64,000 nt of DNA from the NCBI GenBank assembly GCA_020060845.1, contig JAGUZK010000045.1, positions 8,685-72,684 on the forward strand, in the 5' to 3' direction. The stretch comes from Candidatus Woesebacteria bacterium. GTDB taxonomy: Bacteria > Patescibacteriota > Microgenomatia > UBA8517. Of the stretch, positions 10,384 through 20,500 are shown piece after piece. The notes under the pieces are model-generated. The model was not told the origin of the DNA. It ran no database searches and saw nothing but the letters and a program-made list of their open reading frames with translations. The first letter of the stretch is position 1. Each line of letters begins with the position of its first letter. The position numbers were made by a program, and so were the translations under genes.

Positions 10384-11487
10384 TTAACTTCCAATCTTGA
10401 ATTCGACCACATCCCCATCCCTCATAACATAGTCTCGACCTTCGCTTCTTACCATCCCCTTCTCCCTTGCCCTGACCCAACCTTTCGCTTCTACAAACTT
10501 TTCAAAATCGACAACATCAGCCTTTATAAATTTCTTTTCAAAGTCACTATGGATTACTCCCGCTGCCACGCTTGCTTTTGTACCACTCCTGATAGTCCAT
10601 GCCCTTACCTCTTTTTCTCCAGCTGTCAAAAAAGTTATTAGCCCCAACGTCTTGAAAGCCTTTTTGATAAGCCTTTCAAGACCAGATTCTTTAATCCCTA
10701 TATCAGCCAGATAAGCTCTTTGGTCACTCTCAGATAAACTTGCAAGATCAGATTCAATTTTTGCGCATATTGCAACGACTTGAGACAATTCAAGATTAAA
10801 TTTCTTCGAATATTCAAACTCAATCTTGTTTGCATCGCGAAGATTTGACTCATCAACATTTAGGCAAACTATGATAGGTTTAACAGTAATTAGAGAAAGT
10901 AAATTAGCAACTTTGAGCTCCTTGTCCGATAAAACCATATCACGCACCGGCACACCACGAGACAAAGCATCCTTAAGTTTTGTCACTACTTCCCAAAAAG
11001 ACAGCGCTTCCTTATCTTGGGTATTACCAGGCGATTTTTGCTTCTCTAGCGTTTGAAGGTCTGCAAGCTTAAGCTCCGTCTCAACAGCCTCAAAATCTTC
11101 CTCCGGAGACGCTACTCCCTGTTTGACAACATCCGGATCCGAAAACATCCTTACAACATGGCAGATAGCCGAAGTCTCTCTTATATGCGCTAAAAACCTG
11201 TTACCCAGCCCCTCTCCCTTTGAAGCTCCAGCAATAAGACCTGCTATATCCACAAACTCAACAGTCGCGGGGATTTTGGGAGGCAGGTGGTCCATATTCT
11301 CCGAATCTTTTACCACCTCAGAAAGCTTATCCAACCGCCAATCGGGTACATCAACAATACCAACATTCGGTTCAATTGTAGCAAATGGAAAGTTTGCAAC
11401 ATACGCTTGCTGACGCTTCAAAAGCGCATTAAAAAGCGTTGACTTTCCTACATTTGGCAAACCAACAATTCCGACCGATAGGTTCAT
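10384..11487 (-). CDS. ychF: ribosome-binding ATPase YchF (Obg-family GTPase)
   Basis: G1 motif GIVGLPNVGKSTLFNAL, with C-terminal TGS domain. Confidence 0.9.
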   Translation of the reverse strand: MNLSVGIVGLPNVGKSTLFNALLKRQQAYVANFPFATIEPNVGIVDVPDWRLDKLSEVVKDSENMDHLPPKIPATVEFVDIAGLIAGASKGEGLGNRFLAHIRETSAICHVVRMFSDPDVVKQGVASPEEDFEAVETELKLADLQTLEKQKSPGNTQDKEALSFWEVVTKLKDALSRGVPVRDMVLSDKELKVANLLSLITVKPIIVCLNVDESNLRDANKIEFEYSKKFNLELSQVVAICAKIESDLASLSESDQRAYLADIGIKESGLERLIKKAFKTLGLITFLTAGEKEVRAWTIRSGTKASVAAGVIHSDFEKKFIKADVVDFEKFVEAKGWVRAREKGMVRSEGRDYVMRDGDVVEFKIGS

Positions 11488-13120
11488 GTCCCAACTTTTC
11501 GGTGGAAGTCAGAGCCAGTTGTGGTAGTGGTATGTGACATAAGACTTCTACCTCACTCCTTTCTTTTATAATTACTTTCTCTATTATATCTCGAATGAAG
11601 TTCTTTTTGTCATACAACTTAAGGCTTTTGAGAGTCTTTCTTGCTTCAGCACATAATTCATCAGCCTCAATGTTGACTACTTCGGGTGAGACTCTGGCTT
11701 TTAGCTCCTCTAATTGCCTTTGATATCCCTCTTTCTTTCGTCTGGCTGCCCTTACTAACTCCATATACTGGTCAAACTCCATCACACCTGAACCATAGGC
11801 TTTGGCGTAGCGATTGATTTCTTCTGTCAGTTTGTCGATTTGCTCCTGAATCTTTAATCTCTCTTGGGTATCTGCTGATCGGTTTGCCTGTTCTCGAATC
11901 CATTCCTCAGCGTGCTTTTTAAGGAGCTCTGAATTAGTTAAATGGTTTGTCAATTCTTTCCAGACCAATGCGTCTAAAACTCTGGCATTTACCCCTCCAA
12001 TGTGGCAACGGCGTTGTTCTTTGGGAAAATGGTGTAATCTTTCTTCACAGCGGTAGTAGTAGTGTCCGTTTCTGTTACAACCATCTCCTGCCCTACGGTT
12101 ACCACATCCACACCACAATACCTCTGAGAGAAGATAATCAAACTTTCTGTGCTTCTTAGCATATCTTCGGTTGTATTCCATAATCTCTTGGGCTTTATCG
12201 TATAAAAATCTGTCCTCCATAATTATCGGCACCTTGAAGGGATACCACTCCTCTTTGGGTCGAAGGCGACGGCTATTTTTCTTTACTTTACGATATTTAT
12301 CATTTTTAATCCTAGTTTTAGACTCTACAGCCTCATGCTTATTGTAATAAGCGATTCCTGTCCAGTAGGTTTCGCAACGAAGCATTCTTGTTATCGAACC
12401 TTTCGTCCAAAAATCACTTCTTCTTTTCCTAGGCTTAATACCCAAATCGTATAAACGCCTAATAATACCGTTTATGGATACTCTTTCGATCACAAACCAG
12501 TCAAAAACTAATTTTATTGTCCGTATTTCTTCTTCGTTTCTCTCCCAGTGAGCAGGCGTGGTATCGGTTCTCTTAACATAGTTGTAGCCATACAAGGCAC
12601 TCCCGCTTATGACAACGCCGTTTTTAGCTTTGTAGAGTTTACCTCTCCTGAAGCGCTCGGCTATCTTTACCCTCTCATAATCATGGAAACAGCCCAACAC
12701 ATTTCTCATAAGACCTTGTTCTTCATTTATTGGATTAATATCGTGGAGGGAAATAACTTTGATCCCCGCTTCTTCAAATTCTCTAAGGAGAACAAGCTGA
12801 TATGTAAAATCCCTCGATAGACGACCAATATCATAAACATACAGGACTTGAATTTCCTGTCTTTTAATTGAGTCACGAAGTGCGTCTAAACCTGGTCGAG
12901 CCAACATCGTGCCTGTCCAGCCATTATCAAGAAAGATGTGTTTTTGAGAAAGAATGTTGCCATCAGCTTCAATTCTGCATTTCGTCTCATCAATCTGAGA
13001 TTCTATTGTGGCTTCTTGTTCCTGGCGACCTGTTGAAACTCTAGCATACAAACCCGCAATCAACGATTGCTTAACTCCACCGTTACCTGTATGATTTGTG
13101 TTAGGCAGTAAATCTTCCAT
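11429..13120 (-). CDS. large serine recombinase (resolvase-domain integrase)
   Basis: 563 aa. N-terminal resolvase catalytic domain (YARVSTGRQE...YVYDIGRLSRD), a recombinase domain, Cys-rich zinc-ribbon region (CGCG...C..C) and a coiled-coil. Its last ~59 nt overlap ychF. Confidence 0.85.
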   Translation of the reverse strand: MEDLLPNTNHTGNGGVKQSLIAGLYARVSTGRQEQEATIESQIDETKCRIEADGNILSQKHIFLDNGWTGTMLARPGLDALRDSIKRQEIQVLYVYDIGRLSRDFTYQLVLLREFEEAGIKVISLHDINPINEEQGLMRNVLGCFHDYERVKIAERFRRGKLYKAKNGVVISGSALYGYNYVKRTDTTPAHWERNEEEIRTIKLVFDWFVIERVSINGIIRRLYDLGIKPRKRRSDFWTKGSITRMLRCETYWTGIAYYNKHEAVESKTRIKNDKYRKVKKNSRRLRPKEEWYPFKVPIIMEDRFLYDKAQEIMEYNRRYAKKHRKFDYLLSEVLWCGCGNRRAGDGCNRNGHYYYRCEERLHHFPKEQRRCHIGGVNARVLDALVWKELTNHLTNSELLKKHAEEWIREQANRSADTQERLKIQEQIDKLTEEINRYAKAYGSGVMEFDQYMELVRAARRKKEGYQRQLEELKARVSPEVVNIEADELCAEARKTLKSLKLYDKKNFIRDIIEKVIIKERSEVEVLCHIPLPQLALTSTEKLGHEPIGRNCWFAKCRKVNAF

Positions 13121-13142
13121 AGGTTTATTTGCTTATTAGGGG

Positions 13143-13170
13143 TCTGGCTTCGCTAGCGAAAGACCCCTAA
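13143..13170. repeat. compound palindrome: 8-bp inverted repeat (aggggtct/agacccct) enclosing a perfect 12-nt palindrome (ttcgctagcgaa)
   Basis: Read directly from the sequence. Followed on the + strand by aattttttataa; lies between the HTH gene and the recombinase start. Confidence 0.7.
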
Positions 13171-13180
13171 TTTTTTATAA

Positions 13181-13360
13181 TCAAGTTTTCGTCATAGGCT
13201 TCTCAAATAACTCTGCCAGCTTGACATTGCTGATTCTCCAGGCTTTGCCCAACTTAATAGCTGGCAATTGCCCTCGTCTTGCCATCCGATAAATGGTTAT
13301 CTTGGCAAGTTTGAGCTTTTCAGCTGCTTCGTTTATGGTTAGATATTCCTGGTTTTCCAT
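13181..13360 (-). CDS. excisionase-family HTH DNA-binding protein (AlpA/Xis-like, possible RDF)
   Basis: 59-aa ORF, below the ORF-track length cutoff: MENQEYLTINEAAEKLKLAKITIYRMARRGQLPAIKLGKAWRISNVKLAELFEKPMTKT. HTH pattern typical of the excisionase/MerR-like family. Confidence 0.55.
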   Translation of the reverse strand: MENQEYLTINEAAEKLKLAKITIYRMARRGQLPAIKLGKAWRISNVKLAELFEKPMTKT

Positions 13361-13394
13361 AAGGCTAATTGATATTGTTTGATATACTTACACA

Positions 13395-13619
13395 CTACCC
13401 AGAGGTTCTCTGTAAGTCAAGTGTGATCGTTAATGCTCCTTTATCCATCTTTTGTCTTTCTATAATATTCTGTCTTGCCAATGTAAAAAGGCGGTCATAA
13501 ACTAGTTTTAAGCGCTCGGCACTCTCTGGTTTATCCGCATAAATAAAGCTGATGTTAGGTGGCATTATCCTTCTCATGTTCGTATTTGGCATATTTCCCT
13601 GCGCCAATTTTCTTGTCAT
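13395..13619 (-). CDS. hypothetical small protein
   Basis: 74-aa ORF that overlaps the next ORF upstream; may be spurious or use an alternative start. Confidence 0.25.
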   Translation of the reverse strand: MTRKLAQGNMPNTNMRRIMPPNISFIYADKPESAERLKLVYDRLFTLARQNIIERQKMDKGALTITLDLQRTSG

Positions 13620-14169
13620 TCCAGTCCTTTATTACTTCACTGATTCTCTTACCCAATTCTTTTTCTTCTGGAGTCAGAGGTTTTTGCTCTATCTCTTCGA
13701 TGTAGTTCTTTGAAACTTCATATTTCCCAACAGATTCGCCCCACTCGATTCTTGTCATCTCCCAAAGCTGCCGAACTTCCTGGACAGTAGCTGGTTGACC
13801 TGCTTGCATCTGCTTTTTTAAAGCTTGAAGTTTGTTCCAAAACATCTCGGTGATAAGATAGGCTCTCTTTTGCCGAATCTGAGTTGTTTTCTTCTTAAGC
13901 ACCTCCAAATCTTCTGCTAATTTCTTATCTGCCCGCTCAACCCAGTGATATTTGACTGACCAGCGCTCTATTGTCCTTTCCGAGGGTAAATCGCCAAGTC
14001 TAGAGCCAAAAATCACCGACAACTCTCCTGCTGAACTCCGACTTATTTGTTGCCATGCCTGGATTAGTTTTGAGACGCTGCCAACTTCGCAATACAGCAA
14101 GAACGCCGAATATTGTTTCTCTGACTCCCCAGGCATTTTTGATGTTGTAAGTTTCTTTATCTTTTCCAT
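13555..14169 (-). CDS. hypothetical protein (phage-like module)
   Basis: 204 aa, helical and charged; no recognisable domain. Confidence 0.4.
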   Translation of the reverse strand: MEKIKKLTTSKMPGESEKQYSAFLLYCEVGSVSKLIQAWQQISRSSAGELSVIFGSRLGDLPSERTIERWSVKYHWVERADKKLAEDLEVLKKKTTQIRQKRAYLITEMFWNKLQALKKQMQAGQPATVQEVRQLWEMTRIEWGESVGKYEVSKNYIEEIEQKPLTPEEKELGKRISEVIKDWNDKKIGAGKYAKYEHEKDNAT

Positions 14170-14172
14170 AGG

Positions 14173-14541
14173 TTATTTTGCTTTTAGCATCGGCTTGCCA
14201 AGTTTCTTATAGATTCCTTCTCTAATTTTCTGCATTTGCTCTGGTGATAGCGGAATATAAGGTGCTTCAGTTGCTCGTTCTGGCAATTGCTTGGTATTTT
14301 TCAAAAATCTGCTTTTTCTATAAAACTCGGCGATATAAGGAATTGGTATTGCAAAGGAGTTAAAAACAATCGCTCCTCGCTCTCCTCTAGCTAGTGCTTC
14401 TTGAACAATTCGAGCCTGATTCTTACTTAGTTCGTATTCTCCCTTTGTGCTCATAATGACAACCCAAATCTCCTCATAATCTTCCTCATTAAATGCCAAG
14501 TTATTTGATATTTCTGGCATCGATGCCTCGTTTGCTGACAT
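14173..14541 (-). CDS. hypothetical protein
   Basis: 122-aa ORF tightly packed with its neighbours. Confidence 0.4.
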   Translation of the reverse strand: MSANEASMPEISNNLAFNEEDYEEIWVVIMSTKGEYELSKNQARIVQEALARGERGAIVFNSFAIPIPYIAEFYRKSRFLKNTKQLPERATEAPYIPLSPEQMQKIREGIYKKLGKPMLKAK

Positions 14542-15229
14542 GTTCGCTCGCCTCCTTTCTAATTTTTAATGCGTCACTTTTGACAAAATTCCTTAAAGCA
14601 GCCAGATAATTTTTATAGCGTTTGCCGTGTGCCTCGCAGTAATTAACCAGGCTGTCATAGCAACTCCTCACAAACGCCAGGGAAACTTGATAATCCTGGG
14701 CTACTTGCTGAAATTCATCTTCACCAAGACTGCTAATATCGGAATACTTTCCTTTAAGGGAGATTAAGTCTTTCTCTTTACTTGTGTTTATTTCTCTTTC
14801 AGTATCTGAAGAAATCTCTGAAGTATTATCTGAATTATATTGCTGATTTTCTGCAAATAGATTTGCTGAATCTCTACAAATTAAATTGCTGATTTTCTGC
14901 AAATTGAGCTTAAAGTGCCTTTTGGGAGGAACTCCTTTGAGTTCGACTTTCATTAAATTCAATCTCTTTATCTTTTTAATCGCACCTTCCTGTTCACTCC
15001 TTGATAGAGCAGTTTCTTCCTTAATTTCGTCAATAGTTTTATAAATTGATTCTGGGTCGTGTCCCTTTCCCCACCAATACAAAAGTTGTGAAAGTAGCAA
15101 CCCAGCCTTAACCGATCCTGTCAGTTTTGCCAATACTGGATTAAACGCTATTGGCTTAACGCTCAAAACTTCAAGAAGTTTCTTGTTGTAATTTATGTTT
15201 CTAGTCCTATTTTTATCCTGCTCTTCCAT
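14501..15229 (-). CDS. putative replication initiation/replisome-organizer protein (DnaD-like N-terminal winged helix)
   Basis: 242 aa. The N-terminal segment LAKLTGSVKAGLLLSQLLYWW...SRSEQEGAIKKIKRLNLM resembles phage replisome-organizer/DnaD N-terminal domains. This is a low-confidence family call. Confidence 0.35.
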   Translation of the reverse strand: MEEQDKNRTRNINYNKKLLEVLSVKPIAFNPVLAKLTGSVKAGLLLSQLLYWWGKGHDPESIYKTIDEIKEETALSRSEQEGAIKKIKRLNLMKVELKGVPPKRHFKLNLQKISNLICRDSANLFAENQQYNSDNTSEISSDTEREINTSKEKDLISLKGKYSDISSLGEDEFQQVAQDYQVSLAFVRSCYDSLVNYCEAHGKRYKNYLAALRNFVKSDALKIRKEASEHVSKRGIDARNIK

Positions 15230-15231
15230 AG

Positions 15232-15522
15232 TTATTTTTCCTGATACAATTTTTGCTTTAAATCTCGAATCACTGTTACCGCTCGTCTGAAATCAACGAG
15301 GCAACTGGGTGAATTTTCTGGCGCAAAATTGAAGGACTGGAGAAGTTCTTTTCGTTCTGGAGAATCTTTTAAGATAAAAACAGACCGCTTGGGATTAGAA
15401 GATGGTTCAACGCCTATAAGGTCAAAGCCTTTGAGGATTAAAAAGGCAACAGTATAGAAGCTGCCACATTTCCATTGTTTATCTTTATTGCGTTTTTCCA
15501 TATTGATTCTCCTTTGAGTCAT
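15232..15522 (-). CDS. hypothetical protein
   Basis: 96-aa ORF, first gene of the minus-strand phage-like block. Confidence 0.4.
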   Translation of the reverse strand: MTQRRINMEKRNKDKQWKCGSFYTVAFLILKGFDLIGVEPSSNPKRSVFILKDSPERKELLQSFNFAPENSPSCLVDFRRAVTVIRDLKQKLYQEK

Positions 15523-15789
15523 AAAAAAAGGGACTCTGTCTTGAGTCCCTATCTTGCTGGGAACACGCCGTAACCGCAGAAGTCGCAGTTACATCATGCT
15601 ATCTTTTCTGGAAAATCAATCAGGGGTGTTGCTTTCGAATAAAGTCGGAGGTGTGGCTGTCGTGCTATCGTTTCAATCCTAAGTCTTTTCAAGACTTTTC
15701 TTATATTATAAGTGTATATAGTCCTGAACCTCTTGTCAAGATTAAAAATGTAGTAAGATTATCTCCAAATTGATACAATATAAGTATAA

Positions 15790-15930
15790 AGCCTAAACCC
15801 GCAAGGGCATGGCTAAGAAAACCCATCACAGGCGGTAAGCTCCTCGTCAGAGCACCTGTGATGGGTCATATCCCGAAAGGGGTATGGGTAGCCGAAAGGC
15901 TATCGCTGGCGGGGAGCTTTTTGTTTGATT
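15790..15930 (+). ncRNA. candidate structured RNA / origin-like element
   Basis: + strand carries three GNRA-capped hairpins: cccGCAAggg (15798-15807), cccGAAAggg (15872-15881) and tagccGAAAggcta (15889-15902). A 12-bp perfect inverted repeat (acccatcacagg at 15821-15832, cctgtgatgggt at 15855-15866) is also present. A possible pseudoknot pairs gctcc (15839-15843) with ggagc (15913-15917), followed by a T-run. Confidence 0.3.
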
Positions 15931-15977
15931 TGACAATCTCCCCCAAGCGAAGTTAACATAGCCAACCATATCAAAAT

Positions 15978-16646
15978 ATGACAATAAAGATGAAAAATAA
16001 GGCTCGTATAGTCGTCCCGATCTTGTTTATTGCCCTTTTACTGCTTGCTGGTAGCTTATTTTGGTATAAGTCGTTTCAGGACAGGTTTGCTCCTCCTCGT
16101 AAAGACGCTCCTATGGTTAAGTTTCGAGTTGACAAACAAAACACTCTCATGGCTGTTACTGGCAATCTTCACTACTACGGTTTTGTCAAAGATGAGGAAG
16201 CACTTAAATATGCGCTTTTACATACCAAAGACAATAAGCTTGGCAAAGAAGGGGCGATCAAAGTTGGTAATAACACCATCGACACTGAGACCGCTTACGA
16301 TATTTCCCAATCGATGAGTGCTTGGGAGATAGCCAGAATTCTTCTCAATGAAGGCACACCAAGTATCAGAGATTGTGATCATGGTTGTGAGGAATATAAC
16401 CCTTTTACGCCAGCCATTTTGCCTGGTGGTGATATTGCTCCCACCTGGAAAGAACAAATGCAGGCAAAGTATAGCTGGGTAAAAAACTTTGATGATTGCC
16501 TTAAAGCCATCGGGCATGATGGCGGTCAAGTTACCAGCGAGGAGGCTTCTAAACGCACTGGTCATCCCAGGGTTTGTAATACCGCCGATGGTCGTTATTT
16601 TATTCAAGGAAAAGAAGGCTGGACTGATTATCCGCCTTATCCCTAA
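15978..16646 (+). CDS. hypothetical secreted/membrane-anchored protein
   Basis: 222 aa with an N-terminal TM/signal sequence (IVVPILFIALLLLAGSLFWY) and Cys-containing C-terminal domain. Confidence 0.5.
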   Translation: MTIKMKNKARIVVPILFIALLLLAGSLFWYKSFQDRFAPPRKDAPMVKFRVDKQNTLMAVTGNLHYYGFVKDEEALKYALLHTKDNKLGKEGAIKVGNNTIDTETAYDISQSMSAWEIARILLNEGTPSIRDCDHGCEEYNPFTPAILPGGDIAPTWKEQMQAKYSWVKNFDDCLKAIGHDGGQVTSEEASKRTGHPRVCNTADGRYFIQGKEGWTDYPPYP

Positions 16647-16655
16647 AGAAAGGAG

Positions 16656-17384
16656 GTGAAAAATATGAAGACTAAAATTATTATCGCTTTGGTTGTTCTT
16701 GTTCTCCTAGGAGCTTTAGTTTGGTGGAAAAAAGGCAGCAACTTACCAATACCTAATGTGACTACTAACAAAGAGACAGACTCTAAGACTGTTGAGATGG
16801 CTGCCATTAGGACATTTATGGCAGATCCTAATTTAGAATTCTCATTTGTTAATACTGACCTACCGATGCCATATTTTAGGGTTGGTAAGATTACTAAAAC
16901 CAAAGATGGAGAAAATATGGAGGCGGTTGAGAGATGGACAAGGAAAGTCAATGTCTATGAGGATACAAAACCATTAAATAATTCATGCGCCGTTTATCAA
17001 TATCATGTCGATCCTAAAAGCCATACCTTAACCCAAGCTGTAATAAGAAGCTTGCATCAAGATGAAATTGAAGCTCTCAAACAAAAAGGTACTCCTTGTG
17101 TATCAGTTGATCCTTTTGAAAACGCACCAGAATTAACTAAAGAAGAAGCTCAAAAGATTGCTTTTGGTTATTTAAGCCATGCCTTACCTAACTTTGAGGA
17201 GATTAAAGACCAATTTGTTTATTCTCAAGATCAAAAAGCTCACACCTGGCTTTGGGAAGATAAAAGTTATCAGTTACCAGAAGGATTAGAAGGAAGACCA
17301 TATTCCTATCCAATTATCCGCCTAACCGTTTATAGTCCTGGGCAGATTTTGTATTGGAACACTGTCCCGTTGTTTGAGAACTAA
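16656..17384 (+). CDS. hypothetical secreted protein
   Basis: 242 aa with an N-terminal signal/TM and a strong SD (aggaggtg) 8 nt upstream; 9-nt gap from previous gene. Confidence 0.5.
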   Translation: MKNMKTKIIIALVVLVLLGALVWWKKGSNLPIPNVTTNKETDSKTVEMAAIRTFMADPNLEFSFVNTDLPMPYFRVGKITKTKDGENMEAVERWTRKVNVYEDTKPLNNSCAVYQYHVDPKSHTLTQAVIRSLHQDEIEALKQKGTPCVSVDPFENAPELTKEEAQKIAFGYLSHALPNFEEIKDQFVYSQDQKAHTWLWEDKSYQLPEGLEGRPYSYPIIRLTVYSPGQILYWNTVPLFEN

Positions 17385-17506
17385 AACCACCACTGCCTAT
17401 TGGTTAAGATGCCCAACGAGGCTTTTGAAGCTAAATTAAGGTAAACTATGCCACTCCAGGCAGGAAAGTTCCATAAAAGTTAACACGGGAGGCTACTTTC
17501 GGTAAC

Positions 17507-20500
17507 TTATTTAATTCCTTTCTTCATAAGCTGGATGTTTTCATCTGCCCTTTGTTCCTCAAATTTAATGTTGTCATCTAAATACTTTTCATAGCCCTTA
17601 ATAAAAATCTGTAGGGTTGGATTCTTATCTTCCTTCCAGGGTTGAATCTCATCTTTTTTTCGCTTGTAGGCATCCTTCACTCCGTATTCTCCTGTTACTA
17701 CTCCTGTTTGAGAAAGAATGATAAACATTTCGCTTCGATATTCCCTATATAATTTGTTGCCTGTGTTTTGAAGAAATTTCTTAATGAAAGCCTTTGATAC
17801 TTCGTGGAGAAACGGTTCGCCTTTATAAGCTCTCAAAATTGAAAGAACTAAAAGTGCGTTGCGTTTACCACCCTGTTTTATTAAATCTAAAAGATAAGTT
17901 TCTAGCTTGCCGTTAAAAGAGGGAAAAATTGCTCTCAATAGATTACTTGCCTCAAAATGATACAGCCAATCTTTTTCCGAGAACCATTTTAATATCTCTG
18001 TAATTACGACTTTCTCAGATTGAGCCAAGTCTTCCCGAATTTCATGAAAATCTAGTGGAATAGCATCATATCTGTAGCGTTCTTGTGTTTTTAGATGATG
18101 AGTAACTCTCTCAAAGAAGAAACCTATTACTTTTTGAGGATATTTTTTTATAATTGGTTTTAAGATTTCTTCGACATGATAATCCACAGAAGAGTGGAGA
18201 ATTAAACTTTTTAGCACGGTATTGTAATCTTGACTCTTAAATGTCTCCAAAAGAGAATAATCTCTTACCCACAATCTTGTTGCCCAACTATCATCCTTGA
18301 TTTTAATTAACTCCTGCAGTGTTAAGATGAATATTTGCTTAAGTTGATTAGAATCACTATGCTTTTCCATGCAAACACGCAGGATGTTAAACATAGCATT
18401 TTTGTCTTTTGATCCAATTACCTTCTTAAATATCAGATTAAGCAGATCTAAATCTAGAGTATCGGTGTAGGTGAACAAATAACTCAACACAAAAAGGTGC
18501 CTACCTCTTTTTGACCATTCGATCGCCAACTTCTTAGCTAGGGGTTTTTTGCTACTTTCCCATATACCAGCCAGTAAGTGGATAAGGAAAAACTTCATTT
18601 CTTTTTCGTGTTTTGTCAGCAGTTCAATTGCAAATTCTGGTTTATCTTTACCCAGCCTGTGCAGGAAGATATTGAAGTATTGAAACTTGCCAGCATCCAC
18701 ATCTGTATATTCCTTGGCAATAGAGATAATCCTGTTTAACCATTCCTTCCGAGTTTCATCATTGATATTCTGAATAAACTTATTGATCTTGTTTTCTCGT
18801 TGTTCTTTTGCTTTTTTCCAATCCAATTCCTCATCAAACTTATAATCGTAGCCAAAAAAGACTTTGAACATGTTGTATTCTTTATCTGAAGCTATTCTTG
18901 TTTCTAACTCGCTTATCTTAGGAAGTCTATCCTTACCGTATCTTTTAACAAACCAGTGTGCCTGTTCTTCAATCTCTTTAATAAGTTGAGCATCGCTATC
19001 TGGAAATATCGACAAATAAAACTCTATAATTTTATTTGTATCATTTACTACTAAATCTTCTAACTCCTTGCTGTAATTACCTCTACTTGGCGTCCTAGTC
19101 GCCTCGTTTAATGACAGAAGTATTTCTTTTCTAACTTGAACATCTTTTGAGCTTGTATAAAGTTTCTTTAAGATTTCTATTGTGCGTCCCCTTATTTTTT
19201 GAAGTAATTCTGATGGCTTGAGAGAACCAAACGAAATTGTAAATGTCTTATAGTCAGACATTGAATGACCTTCATATTCTGGGTTTAACAACTCTTTGGC
19301 TATTATGTTAATTACTTCTTGATTTTTTATTTTTTTGCTATCGCTCCACTTTTCTAGTTCATCCAAGGTAGTGCCTTGAGCTAGATAACCAATATACTTT
19401 AAGGCATAAAGGTTATATTCAACTAAGGATTTAATCGCTTCGATTGCTTTTTTCCTATACTCTTCTTTCTCGGCAAGGTGCGTAAGCAAATCCAAAACTT
19501 CTTTAGGTTTGTGATATCTTACCTCTTTCAAGAGATCAATAACTTTAAGAATTACATCTTGATTCGATTTTCCCTTAAACTTCCCAAGTTTGCTTTTATA
19601 TTCTTTCTGGGGAAGGGGTTTTGCGTTTATGAGAGCCTTAGAAATCTTAATAACCTGGTCTGGAACTCGGAATGCGTATTGTTCAAGTATCTCTAAATTG
19701 GCACAAATATCATCATTGTTAGTCGGAGTTTTTGTAATAAAATTAAGTAATCCTATTGACTCTTTTTGTAAGAATTTGGTTGCCTGTTCTGTCTTAGCAA
19801 GTTGTTCTCGTATACGAGCCTTTTCCTCTTTCGAATCAAAGAAGCTATCTATATGCTCAGGTGAGGTATCGCTAATCAGTTCGAGGAGAGACTCCATGCC
19901 TATTTGTTCATTTTCAACAAGATACAAATTGGGTGTGCTGATAATTATCTCCTTATCTAATAATTTTTGGATAATTACGGTAATTTCTTCTTCTGATACT
20001 CTTAATATCTTGCTAAATATGGCAGCCACTTTTCCTTTAGGTATGGCTCTAATAAGATAAAGAAGCCCTACGCATTTAACTGTATTTTCTTCAAATGATC
20101 TCGCTAGGTCTGTTAGCGACTCACTCAACTCACGATAACTTTGACTCTTTGCAAATTGCTGCCATCGTCCATTTAGCTCACTGGAGTTATCTCCAATTTC
20201 CCTACCTGTCAAGTCAAGTGTCCTTCCTTTTGTGTCCGAGTGGAGTTTTAAGGATTTTTTTGTTTTCTCATCAAAAAAGAACCAATATGTTTTTTGAGCG
20301 GTTGTATCCACAACAAAAAGTAGGGTTGGAACACTGGAGTTAACAAGATAATCTATAACTGACCGCTTGCAGAAGTATTTGTTGTTCTTAATAGATTTTT
20401 TACTCTTTTGTTGGTAGTGGAGGTATTTCTCTAAATATCTTCCCCTGCCGTCCCTTAGGCGGATTTCTCCGTCAATATCTGGAGTTTTACCGTTAAACGG

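Noticed and set aside
10357-10641. 94-aa + strand ORF antisense to ychF.
   Set aside because: It lies wholly inside the conserved ychF coding region on the opposite strand and is Cys/Phe-rich nonsense.
15840-15905. Hammerhead or twister ribozyme in the structured intergenic segment.
   Set aside because: The CUGAUGA hammerhead core is absent (ctgtgatgg instead), and I cannot verify the twister consensus by eye. I keep it only as a generic structured-RNA candidate.
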